Source of the DNA: Epiperipatus broadwayi
Lineage: Eukaryota > Animalia > Onychophora
Assembly (NCBI GenBank): GCA_028023455.1
Contig: JAQFVV010000005.1
Location: forward strand, 21,824,001-21,888,000
Reading direction: 5' to 3'
DNA: 64,000 nucleotides
Part shown: piece after piece, positions 26,825 to 40,916 of the stretch
How the letters are laid out: each line of letters begins with the position of its first letter
Numbering within the stretch: position 1 is the stretch's first letter
Made by a program: the position numbers and the translations under genes
The notes under the pieces: model-generated
Seen by the model: only the letters and a program-made list of their open reading frames with translations
What the model was told of the DNA's origin: nothing
The model's database searches: none

Positions 26825-28014
26825 CAATGGTCTTCAACCTTTTCACACCTGCAGAAGTTTACAGATAAATTTTCTTAAAGATGTAACCTGCTTAGCCTTA
26901 GATAAGCATAATTGTTATAACTGACCAAAACAGCATACTAGTTATTGTGTATTGGAATGGTGTTGCTTATCTTCACATGCAGAACATGCTTTTTCGAGTT
27001 GCGCAGTCATACTGCTACAGAAATAATCGTTCTCATTAATGTGCTTGCATTATACATTTATTATTTCATTGTTAAAACATGCAAGAATAAAATGTTATTC
27101 ACCTGAATGTTGAAAAAGTCAAAAGTTTTGATTTTATTTTATTTTTTTTTAGAGGGGGGAGGGGAGTGGGTTGACTTTTGATTTATTTTTTTTTAGAGGG
27201 GGGGGGGAGTGGGTTGAGAAATACTTTGTCATCACTGAGGCGAAAGATAGAGAGACCAAAGTTATTGTTTGTTTTTATTTTTAAAAAAAGGTAACAGAAA
27301 TTGGTCTTAAAAATAAAAGTTTTAGTATTTTAGCAATATACAAATAAAGCCAAAAAAAATATTGCCTTATAGGCCAAAAAAAGTGGGCGTATTTTTAAAC
27401 AAACAAAAAAAGAAAACGAAACTTGATAAAGTCGAAAGTTTTGATCTTACTTTATTTTGGGGTGGTGGGGGCGTATTGAGAAATACTTTGTAAAAGTTAG
27501 AGACAGAATTTATTTTTTGGTTTTTATTTTTAAAAAAAGGTAATAAAAATTGATTTCAAAAATAAAAGTTAAAGCCAAAAAAAAAAAAAATCGTCTTATA
27601 GCCAAAAAAAAAACATTAAAAATGAAATATTAAAAGAGAGAGTAGAAAAAATTTAAGAGATAAAAGTCACGTTACATTTTATTGTTTTAACAACGCTGCC
27701 AAGCGGCCGTGATTGGCTATCAAAAGACAACGCTAGTTTGTATAATAAAAATCTTCCCCCCTCCATAAACACCTGCGATAAATAGAAAAACAAATTAATT
27801 TATGTATGATTGATTAGATTTTGTTTTTGTTCTGTTTTTTTTTTTTAATTGGGTAAAAATGCGATGAAAAATTAAATAAAAATTGTTTATATTAATTAAA
27901 AGTTTAAAATCTTATTATTTTGTTATTACAAACTTTTTTGCCAGTCTAGAGTGGACCGGCAGAAAACTTCTGCGGTCCAGCGCCGGTCCACGGATCGGTG
28001 ATTAAAAACCATTG
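26825..28014. mobile_element. Non-autonomous hAT (Charlie/Buster-like) element
   Basis: Termini CAATGGTCTTCAACC / rc CAATGGTTTTTAATC; subterminal CCGTGGACCGG; perfect 8-bp TSD CTTTAGAC (26817-24, 28015-22). Confidence 0.88.
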
Positions 28015-28203
28015 CTTTAGACTTATTAATGTACAAGTATTGACTGAAATTCTAATGATATTAATGAGGATTTAAATAATGTTTTAGCTTATCATCTTTT
28101 ATCTAACAAAATAGATTGGTATTGATATGACAAAAAAAAAAAAAAGGATGTTATTTACAAATTCTTTTAACTCTATTTAATTTACTAGCGCAGTATTCAT
28201 ATG

Positions 28204-28490
28204 TAATTTTTAATCGGAGGGAACTACATCTTATACATATGCGCAGTAACGTTGTTTTAATATCTCAATGTTGTTTTGTTGAGTACGAAAGATACTCTCA
28301 AACCAAAGCATAAGATAGATACTTTGAAAAGATAAGAACAGCCAGCTAAATTCACTTATGTAGGCCATAATGGTCTTGTGCTTTGGTTTGAGGGTATCCT
28401 TCGTACTCAACAAACAAAACATTGCTTAGGTATTAAAACAACATTACAGCACATGTGTATAGGATGTAATTCCCTTCTGAGTAAAAATTC
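28204..28490. repeat. Foldback MITE, ~110-bp imperfect arms
   Basis: gttgagtacgaaagatactctcaaaccaaagca is inverted as tgctttggtttgagggtatccttcgtactcaac; similarity extends outward to aattttt / aaaaatt. Confidence 0.8.
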
Positions 28491-29808
28491 TTTTAAATGA
28501 TTCTTTGAAAATCTCATTTATTAATTATCTTACTAATATATATAGTTTTGTTTAATCAAGTACGTTTTTTTTTTTTTTTAAAGTATATATATATTTTAAT
28601 ATATTTATATTTGATGTTAAATATAAAATATTATCTTAGCAAATCATATTTCATGTTAAAATAATAAAGATTGACTGTTGTGAATACTTAACGGGTCTCA
28701 CTCATAATTTTAGCAAGGTAATAGAAGTTGCCATACTGTAGGGAACTGGATTTATATTTTACCTGTATTTATACAAGGGTCTTGTTGTGCAGAGGTGATG
28801 CACCCAAATCCAGAACAAATGAAATTTCTTTTTAGAATTTTTCTTTGAGGCAGCTGGCTTATAGGCAACTCACCCAACCATCTGATGTTGGTTGGTAAAT
28901 AGATTTCTAGTAAAACAAGGATGGAAATCCTCATTTTTAATAATTAGCAAGAATGGTGAATACTATCTTATCCTTCACTGGTTTTTATTTTTTTGGAGAA
29001 ATATTTGCCATCCAAGGGGCTTTTGTTAAAAAGGCTGTTTTATTTTTTAACTCAAATTTATATATGTTTATATTCATGGTTTTTTTTTTTTTAACCTTGT
29101 TTATATATTAGATTTTCACATTTTTTTTTATGACAGCTTTTATAAAAGATAAAAAAGTTTAATGTTCCACTCTATGCCAATTTTTTTTTTTGTTTGTTTG
29201 TTTGCACACACACACTAAAAAAATTATTCAGTCCATTTAGATTGAATTTAGTGTTTATATTTATAGCTGACAAGAACTTCAATTATCTAGTAAGCCATCA
29301 ACTATAAATGTTTTTTTTTTAGTTGTTCCATGTTTTTTTAAAGTTATGAATCTTTAAATTTTACCTCTGTTTGACACCAATAAAAAATACTATAAAAGTT
29401 GGCTGATTTGCAATAGATTAGTAGTTTAACTATACTTTATCAAAAATGGTATTTATTAAAAAAATAAACATGAATTTACAACAAATTACATAAAAAGGCT
29501 ACTATAATTTATTTTAGCATCAAAAATAATAATGCAATTAATTGAAGAAATGATAAATCTGCATTATATATTTATTATTTAAAATGCAGATATAAAATAG
29601 ATTATGTAAACTATACTAAAGAACGTAATATAATGAAAATACATGAAACATTATATTAGCTACAACAAACTAAACTGTATGAATATATATAAAAACATCA
29701 TAACTGACTAATGCAAAGTTATATAGTATACATTTATACGGGGTTTTTTTCCTTTTTACACATTGTATTATTGTTATAATTGGTTCTAATTAATTTTATT
29801 GTCGAACG

Positions 29809-32800
29809 TGTGATTTGAGAACACACATTTTGCAGTACATGTGGAATCATAAAAAAATGATTAGATTAAATTTTAAATAAACGAGAAATATAAGTTCTAA
29901 AATGTTTTAAAGAGTTTTCTCTTAAACACAACTTGTCAAAAAATAAAGTGTTGCATCATCTTGTTGTTTAGAAAAAATATATATGAGTTTTAATAGTTGA
30001 AGAGCGAATAGGAAAGGGGGGGGGTAACTATAAGTACGAAGTTAAAACTATCTCTCCCATTTTTATAAATTTAAAGAAGAAAAAAAGAAAATTGAATTAA
30101 AATGTAAAAAGAAAGCTTGTAAATTTAAATCCACTTAAAGATTGCTTGGCTGATAAATAAAAGAAAGGAAATAATAACTCTTAATTACATTAATTGAAGA
30201 GTCAAAGGAAAGGATTCAGAACTGTATCTTAGAACGTTAGATTAATCTAAGCAAGAATTTAGATTAAAACATAACTGAAAATTAATTAAGGAAATATAAA
30301 TTAATTAAATCAGATCGGAGAGTGATAACTAGAAAAACAAAAGGAAGAAGCATATAAAAAGACCGAGAAATCCATTCATTATTATTATTATTAAGATTAT
30401 TATAACTGTCATATTTGTTATTGCTACTGTGTAAGAGCTTTCAAAGAAGAGAAGATGGCAAGAGCCATTAACATATGCAGGCGTGTGTCCTTACATTTAC
30501 TGAAGAGGAACTTAGCATCAGACAGTAATCGAAGTGTGCGGCCAGTCTTCAATCCAGGTCCTATGGAACAGCAGAAGTTCTCCATCTAGAAATCATGTTC
30601 ACCTTATGATCGGAAAATTCACACAAAACTCTCTCTTGCATTGAAATGTGGAAAATCAGCAAGAAGCAAAACCATTAATGGGAAAAGGAAAGGCCAACCA
30701 GTTGGTAATCAACCTAGAGGAAAGCAATGAATCATGTCCATAGAAGTGTAATGTGCAATCCGCAAAAATTCTAGGTAACTATAAACGTTATTATTCAAAT
30801 TTAAATCTGAATCACATTCGAATAAAAAGACTAATGAACTCTAATAGCCACAGCCATAGTAATCTTTAAGTTGCTTCCATAAATTATTACATGATTTTAT
30901 ATCCTAATGTATATGCGTATATTTAAATCTTATCATAATGTATTTTAATATGTGTAAAGCTTTAAGTTCTTTTCTTGAATTCCTATTATAATAGATCTTA
31001 ATGTGTGTATATATATTTAAATTTATAATGTGTTTTATTTTAGGGTGTTTTAATTTTAAGTGTATTCAAACAAATTTGTTTGCTTAATTATTGTTTGGTC
31101 AGATCTCTTTTTATAACTGTTACTAATAGGTAAATTTATAGTTAAGTTATATTTAATTATAAGTATTGAGCAAATGCAGTAAAGTTTCTTTGTCTTTCCC
31201 ACAATTGAGAAACGAGCTAACTTGGGCTATATCAAGCGCTAAATTGTATACTTGTTGTCTGGGCATGCTGATTATATAACTTATGATTAGCTGGCACCTG
31301 AGGTTTTACCTTGAAGCAAATAAAAATGCTTTTGATGGCAAGTGTTTGAATTTAGCAGCCGAGGAGTTCTATAGCCTGGAAATGTGGCTGCATGTTATAT
31401 TTTGTATATTCTCGACCTGGTAATAGGTGCTATTGGTTTCATTCACCTTTTGTATTTGACTTCTCCGCCTGAAGGGCCGGTCTGCTGCAATATTGAAAGT
31501 GCAGCCAGAGTTAAGATCGAGATTTCTAAATATAAATAATTATAGCGATTTTCTCCCACCTAGTTTAATTGGCTTTCCAACATGAGTACCGAAGCACCCC
31601 AAATTACGAGGATAATTATAAACATAACTAAAGTAAAAATTAAGAAAACTAAAGTTTTAAATAAATGCTAAAGTGCGTTGTTGTAACTGAAAGTGGTGAG
31701 CAGTGTAGGAAAAGAAGAGACCAAGGCAAACAAATTATAGTAAATGTAAATAAAAGGAGTGAGATAGTTATTTTATGTAGATTAAGGGTATTAATGATAA
31801 GGTGGAGATCAGAAATGACTAGAAGGGATTGGAGGTCGTCATATGCTTCGTTTGAGTAAATTATGTAGAATAGAAATAAGTGAAATAAAAATTTGTGTTA
31901 TAAAGAAAACTAGAAATTATTAATGCACACCAGGGCAAAAGCAAAAATAGAGGCCCAAAGTAAAGAAAAAAAACCGAGCAGTGAGAAAGGGGAAGCAAGT
32001 GAGGAAATAGAAAAAGGAAATATGGGTGCAGATAAGATAATAGAAATGCTGAGAAAAGAAATAGAGCAGCGGAAATTGGAAACTAAGATAGCTCAACAGG
32101 ATGATAGGGCAACATTAGATAACATGAAAAGTATAGATAAAATAATGAAGAAAGTAGATAAATTTAGAAGAGATGAAAGCGGAAAAGGGAAGGAATAGAT
32201 ATACGAAAATCAACAGAAGTTAGTGTAGTAAAATTACAAAGCGAAGAGTGTACAGCAGAAGGGGAAAGTAAGAAGGATATAAAAATGGATAGTATGAAGG
32301 AGAGAAGCATAGACATGGACGCATATGGAAACGGCTCAAACACGGTAAACCAATTTTTAAAAATAAAAGTATTTTCAGCGGGAAAGACCTGGCGGAACAC
32401 ATCGGGAGTTTGGAATGCTATTCTGCATTGAACAGATTAAATGAAGAAGCCAGGGTTGCTATATAGCTCACAGTCAAATACAGGGTGATGCTCAATTCTG
32501 GTGGGACTCGCTATTCTCAAAGCCAATGACATTCAGAGAATATAAGCAATCATTACTAACAAGCTATTGGGATGATGGGTATCAGGAAAACATTAAGCAC
32601 CAGTTGGCACAAGACAAATGGTGGCCTGGGAACTACTTACCACATTTTTTCGCCAAGTAGGTCACGATTTCCTGGTCCGAGCAGATATATTAGAAATCTA
32701 AAAGAGCCACCTGATAAACGGTAGGAAAGTTACAATAATGGGACAGACTTTTAGGCAATGAAATAAAAATAAATTTTGCCCACAGATCACACAAAAAAAA

Positions 32801-34317
32801 GAAATACCGGTCAATGAATAAATGAAATGTTTGTTTTTTTTTGGTGTTGAAAGTTAATGAGATGAAACGAAATAAATGAAGTGAATAAATAAATAAAATA
32901 TCTTTGGGAGATTTTTGTTAGATTCCATATCTGAAAATAAATAAATGAATAATTTAAATAGAATAATGTATTGGGATAAATAAAATAAAACATTTTTTTT
33001 TTTGTTTTGAAAAGTAATATCAGAAACTAGTATAAAGAGTAAGTAAAACTCTAGAATAAATAAATAAAATAACATTTAATATAAGCCATGAGTGTTGAGG
33101 ATTTGGAGTTGAAAAGAAAGAAGGGCTGGAGTGAGAGTGTGAAGGTTGAGGAAAGTATAATAAGTGTAGGCAGTCGCGCTGTGTGGAAATAGTACCCATA
33201 ATGGACTAAACGGGGGGATAATTTCATTGGGTGAAATAGTCCCAATTCTTATCTAAAATATGCGCAGAAGCCGCAAGTCAGTTCTTGGTGGAAAATTCTC
33301 ATATAATAAATATTATCAATATAAGCCAAATAGGTCAGTGGAGGAATCCTGCCATTTGCAGCAACCCCATTTTCTAGGATGCAGACCCATTAGAGAAAGT
33401 AATGGGCTCATTCAATTGGCTGGTAGAGAAATCCCAACATAGAAGGTAAAGTTTTTTATATATTATGCATAAGTCAGTTATAAGCCAGAAAAATTCTGCA
33501 TCCACTGCATTCAAACCCTGTACACATCAGAAAGATCGTGTTGCTCCTCGTGGTCGTCACACGGGGCATAATTGTTGAAACCAACATTAAGTACAGCCTG
33601 GAAAGAAGAATAGCTTAAGAAGATTACTCTTGGTGCTGTATCCACCACAGCAATTCTAAAACTCATTTGATAGAAAAAGTAGTGCGTAAATAAATAAAAG
33701 TTAGAAGCCGTAGTATGTAAACAAAATATTAAGTATTAATTAAAAAGGGAAGTATGAATAAATTATTAGAGATAAAATGAATCAAACTGAGGCATTTTAA
33801 CTCTCAAATGGGGAGGGGTGTGATGTACCACTATGAGTACACATTTTGCCGTACATGTGGAATCATATAAAAATATGAGCAGTTTAAATTTTAAAACAAA
33901 TAATCAAATTTTAAATAAATGAGAAATATAAGTTGTAAAATTTTTTAAAGAGGTTTTTTTTAAGCGCAATTCACTAAAAAATAAAGCAGTGCATCATCTT
34001 GTCGTTTAGAAAAAAAAATATCTAAGACTTTTAATAGTCAAAGAGCAAATAGAAAAGGGGGGGGGGGATTAACTATAAGTACAAGCTAAAACTGTCTCTT
34101 TTTTTATAAATTTAAAGAAAAGAAAAATTTTTTAATGAAAATTGAATTAAAATGTAAAAAGAAAGCTTGTAAATTGAAATCCACTTAAAGATTGCTTGGA
34201 TGATAAATAAAAGAAAGGAAATAATAACTCTTAATTACATTAATTGAAGAGGCAAAGGAAAGGATTCAGAACTGTATCTTATCAGAACATTAGATTAATC
34301 TAAGCAAGAATTTAGAT
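29809..34317 (+). mobile_element. Internally deleted Ty3/gypsy-like LTR retrotransposon
   Basis: Both LTR copies start TGTGA (29809, 33819) and align for ~450-500 bp; PPT GGGGAGGGG at 33810-18; decayed PBS-like TGGC...CAACATG at 31570; gag remnant 31923-32660 (QGDAQFWWDS...FREYKQSLLTSYW). Confidence 0.8.
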
Positions 34318-37099
34318 ACGGAAAATGTTATTTACCTATTCCTTCATTTTTTGATGTTTAAGTTCTTGCTAGATATATCTACAAAAGTAATCACCCAGTC
34401 TATTAAATACGCTCACAAAGTTCAACTTGTATTCAAGATTTAAGGTCATGTTGAACTTTTCAAGTATGTTGTATATGTTTCTAACAATCAAATCTGATGT
34501 TATGAATAGCTTGGGAAATCAGTTGATTCCAACAAACAGCCATCCAATCTCTTATTAGCTCACAAAACTCCATTTGTGTTCAAATTTTAAGATCATGGTC
34601 TTGCGAGTTTAATTGATAGAGATTGGGTGGTTATGTTTGTTGGAGTCTTAACTGATTTCCTAAATTGACAGAAATATATATCTAGCAGAAAATTGTTTGA
34701 ATTTTCATTAAACAACTGCTTGAAACGTTTGAATTTTTTTTTTATAGAGACCTAAATAAATGATAGCATATGACATAATTAATTAATTAATTATATAAGT
34801 ATATTCCATGTGTTTATATTTAATTAAAACCCAAATATATTAATCTTTAACTGACTTAAAGTTTATATCTGGGATAGGAATAATCTCTAGTTAATAAATA
34901 ATTAATATTTCTTGGAATTAATTGATATCAAAGTTATAGGTGCAGGAAATTTGACACTTGTAAATCAAGGTTTGATAAGGTATATATATACACACACACA
35001 CATAATCTGCAAGGTATTTAATGAGAATCTTTTTTTCTTTGAGTTGGTTATACTTGAACTTTCCTTAAATATAATTTTTTTTTTTTTTTGTTATTGCTTT
35101 GTGTTTTTTTATCTTTTATATATATGCTGTTGATAATAACGATTATCTTTTGCTATTAGAAGAATCTCGTTTATCATTCTTGTAATCCAAATGAGGGTTG
35201 TCAACCTTATTTACGTATTTAATTATGGAAAGTATTCTCAGATGATAAAATGTTGAAATTTTTGTTTCAGCTGATTGACAGTTATTTGAAAAGTAAAAAA
35301 TAAAACTATTTTTGTTCTTGGCTTTGAAATATCAGGGAAATCTCTTGCTTTTTTTTTTAATAATGTGTTTATATGTGTGTGTGTGTATTTAAATGGAAAT
35401 TGTTCACAGTTTGTATAAATGTACTATAATTGTTTTGTTTTTTCCTTCATATATGTATATAAAAGCCTTATGGCATAGAGATTAATGCATTTATTTGCCG
35501 TACCTATAACCTGGATTGCAAACCTGGATTGAGTTAAACTTGATTTAATGGCCTATTAGATGAAACCAATTGTGTTCAAAATTGTTGATCTGTTTAATGC
35601 TACAAGATTAACAATTTCAAGGTTAGTGACTTTATTTATTATGAATGGAAAAGAAAATCTGTTAGAATCATCTAGTGTTAGTAATAAAGTCTTATGGAAG
35701 AGGACCATCACACATTACAGAGAATTGAGCCAAAAATATATACAACTACAAATCTTTAGAGATTTGAACAGTCTTATGTACCGAAACAGTCAGTTGTAAG
35801 TTTTCACCAGTAAAAAAAGATTTATGGTTGATTTGCCATATCAAGTTCATTGATTTCTCATGTGAATGGTGCAGTGCAGAAATAATAGGGTCACAAGTTT
35901 AAAGATCTAAACTGTAGAAAATTGAAATAAGTCATATGATTGAACATGTTGTTCATATTTTACCCAACCACTTCAATTATTTACATCTGGCTGTTGTCAA
36001 AAAAAAAAATTATCCACCAGACTTTTCTTCATTGTGAAACATGGTATTACTGTTATGGTTTAGAAAGCCATGTCTAATATTTTTCTAGATCTAGTCATTA
36101 TTCTGCTTGGATGTAACACATCTGCAAACTATTTGAATATTTAGAGAGGACCATTTTATTTTTCAGAGCTCTGTTATCCTCAAAGGTGATTAATTCTTAC
36201 TGCTCCCCTGACCAAATATTGTTTGAGGAAGATTAAGATAATATTACATATTTCTAACAGTATCCTAATTGCTTGGATTTTTATATTATTGAATCTTTGT
36301 AGATAATTCTTGAACAATCAATAGGAAATTGATATTGTTCACTAACATCTTTCAAAGAACTTGTAACTTTTTTCCATAAACAGTAGCTTGGGTATTTCTC
36401 TTTGCACTATTTAGTATTATGTAATTCTGTTCTTATAGAATACAAAAATTCTTTATATTGTTGGCGACCCTAACAATTTTAATATTTTTTAAATATGATA
36501 TTATAGATACGACATTCACATAATAGTGAATTTCTGTTATGTTTTCTGTAATCAAATGATCATGAATCTTCACTCAATTTTAGTCTTTTTATAAAGTCCA
36601 TTTCCCAAGTTGTGGAGATGTATGCATGCTAATGCTGCCTTCTTATTCATGACCTGAGTAAGTATGCTTATGATACTAATGATGATGAGAGATATCATAT
36701 TCATTCTTTAGCAAATGGATATGAAGTGTCTAAAATTTCAAAAAATTAAGAACTATGGAAAATCCTTTGAATAAAGCTAATAACAGCGGTGTTTTTCAGG
36801 AAAAAAAACAATGTGATTGTTATCCAAATATATATTGTCCATATGGGTTATTGCTGCCAATTGCAGAGCATCCAAATAGTTCTACATAGGTTAAAAAAAT
36901 GGTGATCTGGTTAGGATCCTCTTGGACACAAACTATATAATTGACTTAAACAGAGATTTTCTTATTATGGCAATTAATTCTTTCAACATATATATATATT
37001 AAATCTTTTCACTGTTATATGATGTAAATAAAGTAGTTTTTGAGTTAAACCGTGTGTTATTTTTGCTTCCCAACATTTTGACGAATAGCATCTGCCATT

Positions 37100-38210
37100 G
37101 TCAAGGTTAACTTTTCAAAGCTATTAGATCTCAAATAGTAATGATTGAGTGTGAGGTAAGGAATGAGATTGAGCGTGAACATTCAGAATATGTGGATTAA
37201 CAAAATGTTTATTTTCTTCAGTTTCACCATTAAATGATTTCAAGTTTATATTAGAAGAAAGGGATAAAATAAATGATCTCCATAAGGCTGGAATACATTG
37301 TGCTTCATCAGCTCTACTTAAACCAATTGGTCTTTTTAATATTTCAATCGACTCCCTCATAGCTCTCAATTCATACTTTTCCAAATTAGCAAGTATTTTT
37401 CCATTATCAAAATCAGATTTGTGACCAATTTCTAAAAAATGTGAAGTAAAACCTGATGTATTTAACTTCTGATTAATGGCATTTTTATGTTCATTAATTC
37501 ATCTATTAGTTTGATTTACATAGCTTTTTGAGGACTGTAAACATGGAATTTCATAAACCTCCTGGTATTTCAAAAGTAATCTGTCTTTAGTTTATGGGAA
37601 AATCACCAATTTTTTTGCTATTGGAAAAAGTAGTCTTTATGTTAAAATTAGATAATCTACTACTGATTTTATCAGTGATTCTTTTAATGTAGGGTAAAAC
37701 CACTCTAACTAGTTGAATTATCAATTTTATTCTTTTTCTTCATTTTAGTATCAATGCTATCTCAACACCTTATATATGATGTTTTTATTGTAACCATTAG
37801 AAAGTAGAATCTTTTTTGTTAGTTCTATTTCTTGAGTAAGATGATCTTTACCTGACAAACTATAAGCTCTAGCCAAAATATTTTTTGCCATAGGCAGGAT
37901 GATGATGAGAATTAAAATTAAGATACCTATTTGTATGACTGGATTTTCTGTAAACTGATATTGATAAGGAGTTGTCACATTTTTTTTGCAATCAAATCAT
38001 CTAGAAAAAAAAGTAAATTATTTTCAACTTTCATTAAGAAAAACAAGAAAAAAGAGTTCAAAGCATCAATACCATGAGTCCATATAACAAATGTATCATC
38101 CACATATCTGGACCAAATAGGTTTCTTAGTAGCTGCATTTAATATTCGACTTTCAAAATTATTCATGAAGAGATTAGCAATTATAGGTGACAGTGGACAA
38201 CCCTTAGAAA
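37100..38210 (-). mobile_element. Penelope-like element fragment (RT + GIY-YIG endonuclease), degenerate
   Basis: GCPLSPIIANLFM, RYVDDTFVIW, ILARAYSLS...EIELTKKILLSNGY, VYEIPC...SYVNQT, RESIEILKRP...W. Confidence 0.88.
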
Positions 38211-40278
38211 AGTACTTTAATTTGTTTATACTTTTGAAAATCATAAATAAAAAAATACCCAACGTCTTTAATATTTCTGCTTTTGTTGCAGAGTAAATAA
38301 ATGTTCACCACTGATAGCCAGCCAATGCATTTTCGAGGTCATGACTATGCATTTTGGCTGATTATTAAAAATTGAAAAATTATTTCCTCTGTAATAGACG
38401 CATAAATATTAATTTCACTATGTAGTATATAATAGATGGAATGTCATTTCTTAATTAATTTTATTCCTTCCCCTCCCCCTTTTTTTTTTTTTACTTTTTA
38501 AATTCACCATTAAAAAATACTAAGATTTTTTTTTTTAACTTACAGATTTTACACAATTAACTATTCTTTCCATATTCTTTAATTCGTAATTGTCATAAAA
38601 GTTTGAATACTGCAAGTGGCAAAGCTGCCTATGATCCTAGGATTTTGAGATACACAGTCCACCACTCTATAAATGGTCCAAACCAGTCAATTATAAAAGC
38701 ATGTGCATCAAAATTCAGAAAAGCATAAAAATCAGTATTTGTGCCAATAATTGTTATCTCATATTTGTTTGTTTGCATATGCGTATGTTTACATACACAC
38801 ATGCATTAAATACACCTAATTAAATAAACTAATATTTAACATTTTAAAATAATTAACTAATCAAAAAAGGTTGAGAGAATCCCTACTCAAGTTTAAGATC
38901 AGACTATAAATTATTTGATATATAAGGAATTTTTTTTATAAAACTTTTAAAAAAAAATGAATTTATCTAAATAGTTGTCAAATTTCTCCAAGTGCCACAG
39001 ATGACCTCAAAGGGTTGCTTTGTAAAGGCACTTTTCCAAAATTCAATAATAAACTAGTTTTTTTTTATATATTTTTTACATTATTATGTGGATCAGGTTA
39101 CAGTTTTTTTTATGTATTAAAAGTCAACCAGACAAAACAGCTGGTAGCTTCAATTATATTTGCAAAGCAGTATTATCTTTTTCTCTATATATACACACAC
39201 ATTTATTATTTTTTAATTTACAAGTGTCAAATTTTCTGCATTCATAACTTTAATAGGAACTGTTTCAGATAAATATAAATTGTTATTAATCATTTATTAA
39301 AGTAAAGATTATTCCTAGTCCAGATATAAACTTTGTTTGAAGATTAACTCGATTGTATCTCTTTTTCCATACCATTTTTATATATAGAGTATTTAAAACT
39401 TCCACTCTACCACATATTATATATATAATTAGATGATATTTTTTTGCATCTTAAAATATGTAAAAGTCTTGCTAAAGATTTCCAAATATTGAGACACTAG
39501 AATAAATTATGTTAAAGGAATTGAGCCATTACCATCAATAATGCTCATAATGTTAGTCCTTTGTTATTGTCTGGTTATTTCATTCTGTCCTTCGAAAGAG
39601 AATTTAACGTTTATGTATTATCATTGTAGTTTTTTTAAAAAAAGAAAAATCACAATTTTCAATATGCAAATTTATCTGTCCATAAGCTTTTCAATTTCGT
39701 AAAAAAGGAAACATTTTTTGTTAACTTTAAGCTCACAATGTAAGTTTTAATGCGTGGCAGATACGAGACTTAATGGTTCATGAAAGCTTGACTCTGGTGT
39801 TTAGGTGCTCAGACATCATATAACCTCTTGAGTGATAAACTATTTGATTATCACTTTGATCTCATAGTTTGGACAGCAGTGAGCATTGTTTATCATTTCA
39901 TGGCAGAATTTCAGAATTGATTGGTGTACATTTTAAAATAATAAACATTGTTTGCTAAAAGATATTTGATTCTCAATTACTGCTTATTTACTCATTGAGC
40001 ACATTTTGTCTATAATGAATCTGACTGGGAGGGTGGCTACTTTTTACTTATGGTGCTTATTAAATATTTGAAAAAATGTCCAACCAGAAGACATTCATAA
40101 TTATTATGAATGTAAATTTCAGAATGTTTTATTTATTTAAATCTGATTAAAGAGATGCCTGATAGGAAAATATATTAGCCAACTCTTCATACAGTAGTGC
40201 CTACCAGTACAAGTCTTAGTAATCAATGGATGCAAGGTTTATGCATAAAATCTATATCTAGTGCCTACTGATCTAATA

Positions 40279-40321
40279 TTCCCAGACTAGTTTCTAGCTT
40301 GTAGCTTTCATCAGTAAGGAG
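40279..40321 (-). ncRNA. Minimal type I hammerhead motif, family B
   Basis: CUCCUUA-CUGAUGA-A-AGCU(ACA)AGCU-A-GAAA-CUAG-UC-UGGGAA: complete core, palindromic stem III ACUAGU, GUC triplet; stem I wobbly. Confidence 0.65.
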
Positions 40322-40916
40322 CTTTGGATATAAGAGGGGCCTTGGGTATAAGATCACTGCACTTAGACCTTGGGATCTAATGCAACTCTCCAGCAGCCAC
40401 CTACTTAGTTAAGAATAAAGCTCTAGGAGCTGAAGATGACAAAATAATGTTATCAATCCAAATAGTTGGTCTTTTTTATTATTATTGAAAAAGTTTGCAA
40501 AAATGAACCCTATTTTTAACATGAATAAGAAAAATGTCAATGAGCTGACTACAGAGTTTAAAATGTGATAAAGAAAATCATATTTCTAGTTGAGCATGTT
40601 ATTTTCTCAGCTATAACTGCTTAATATATTTTTTTAAATCTATAATTTGTAATAAGTATATTTCTTAATCATAATGTTTTTTTATTTTATATTTTAATTT
40701 TTTATATATATAAATCAATAAATTTAAGGAGTATATAAATGTTGTCAGTTTAATAATAAACACTTTTTCTGTGGGAATTTTTTATTGTATATCGAATAAC
40801 TTATCTTTAATATAGTAGTCCCTCTTCCCCATTCTATTCTTCATCTACTGATTGTATTAAAATGATAGGATATACTAATAAAAGAAGAGATAGAAAAATA
40901 AAAGGAGCAATATTAA

